A DNA stretch of 64,000 nucleotides, taken from positions 85,188,001 to 85,252,000 of the forward strand of contig NC_042998.1 of the NCBI RefSeq assembly GCF_006345805.1, given 5' to 3'. Positions 63,431-64,000 of the stretch are shown piece by piece (position 1 is the first letter of the stretch; each line of letters begins with the position of its first letter). The translations under genes and the position numbers were made by a program. The notes under the pieces were generated by a model. The model made no database searches, was not told the origin of the DNA, and saw only the letters and a program-made list of their open reading frames with translations. The DNA is from Octopus sinensis (taxonomy: Eukaryota).

Positions 63431-64000
63431 CCAAACATGCCTCTATAGTAGAAATACCCCAGGGTGTTGCACAGTGGAACTGAACCCAAAATAACATGGC
63501 CACAAACAAATTTCTTAAAACTGTAATAAATTTTTATTCAAATATCTATTTGTCAGAGAAATTTCTTATACTGACTGAATAAAAAACATTTTACAATTAA
63601 ATGTTAGTAACTCTTGGTGTACAATTTAAAAACTACTGTAAGTATACAATAATTAGAGAATTTCTCCCATACACATACATTTTTCAAAAATGACACATCC
63701 AATATGACTGACAAAACAAACACTGAAGAAGAATTTTAAGATTTTCTCTGTTAGAATACAGAAAATAAGTGAGAGAAAATGTTCTAACTCTCATATAACA
63801 AGCACAGGCAGACATTAATATTCCTCATGTCAAAACTAGTGAAAATGAAATTAGAGAGAAAGAACTTTAATCAATGCCAAGTGATACTTATATCACAGTT
63901 TTCAGTACCTACACAAAAATTAGACAAAGATAAGATGTATATTTTAAACTCTTTTGATACCAACTTTCCCAAGACTGTATTTGATAGCATCAAAGACATG

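Overview
AT-rich, CpG-poor, microsatellite- and SINE-dense animal genomic DNA. The repeat landscape suggests a coleoid cephalopod such as Octopus; this is an inference, not shown directly. Three protein-coding loci are supported. (1) The last two exons of a Na+/K+-ATPase beta-subunit-like gene lie on + (2780-2887, 4035-4274). (2) A subfamily-1 nuclear receptor lies on -, with six phase-compatible coding exons (61631-61728, 59173-59323, 57534-58903, 48398-48574, 47487-47706, 43184-43425). These give about 751 aa: C4 zinc-finger DBD with P-box EGCKG, a very long hinge, and an LBD with helix 12. The start codon is not identified. (3) The 3' end of an unidentified gene lies on - (exons 15832-15993/16019 and 15297-15465, candidate exons at 23.3 and 29.0 kb). 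Mobile DNA includes a decayed Ty3/Gypsy LTR element, a Helitron, a Helentron-like element, piggyBac- and Tc1/mariner-like MITEs, RTE and R4/Dong LINE remnants and several SINE families. The most notable observations are a minimal type I hammerhead ribozyme fold inside a tRNA-headed SINE (46457-46502, -), a CpG-retaining promoter-like island inside the receptor's last intron, a 4.7-kb layered AT/AC microsatellite, a 995-bp tandem duplication with SINE-core breakpoints, and SINE arrays built on (TAA)n. The many long Y/I/M/C/V ORFs at 18-23 kb are microsatellite artefacts.
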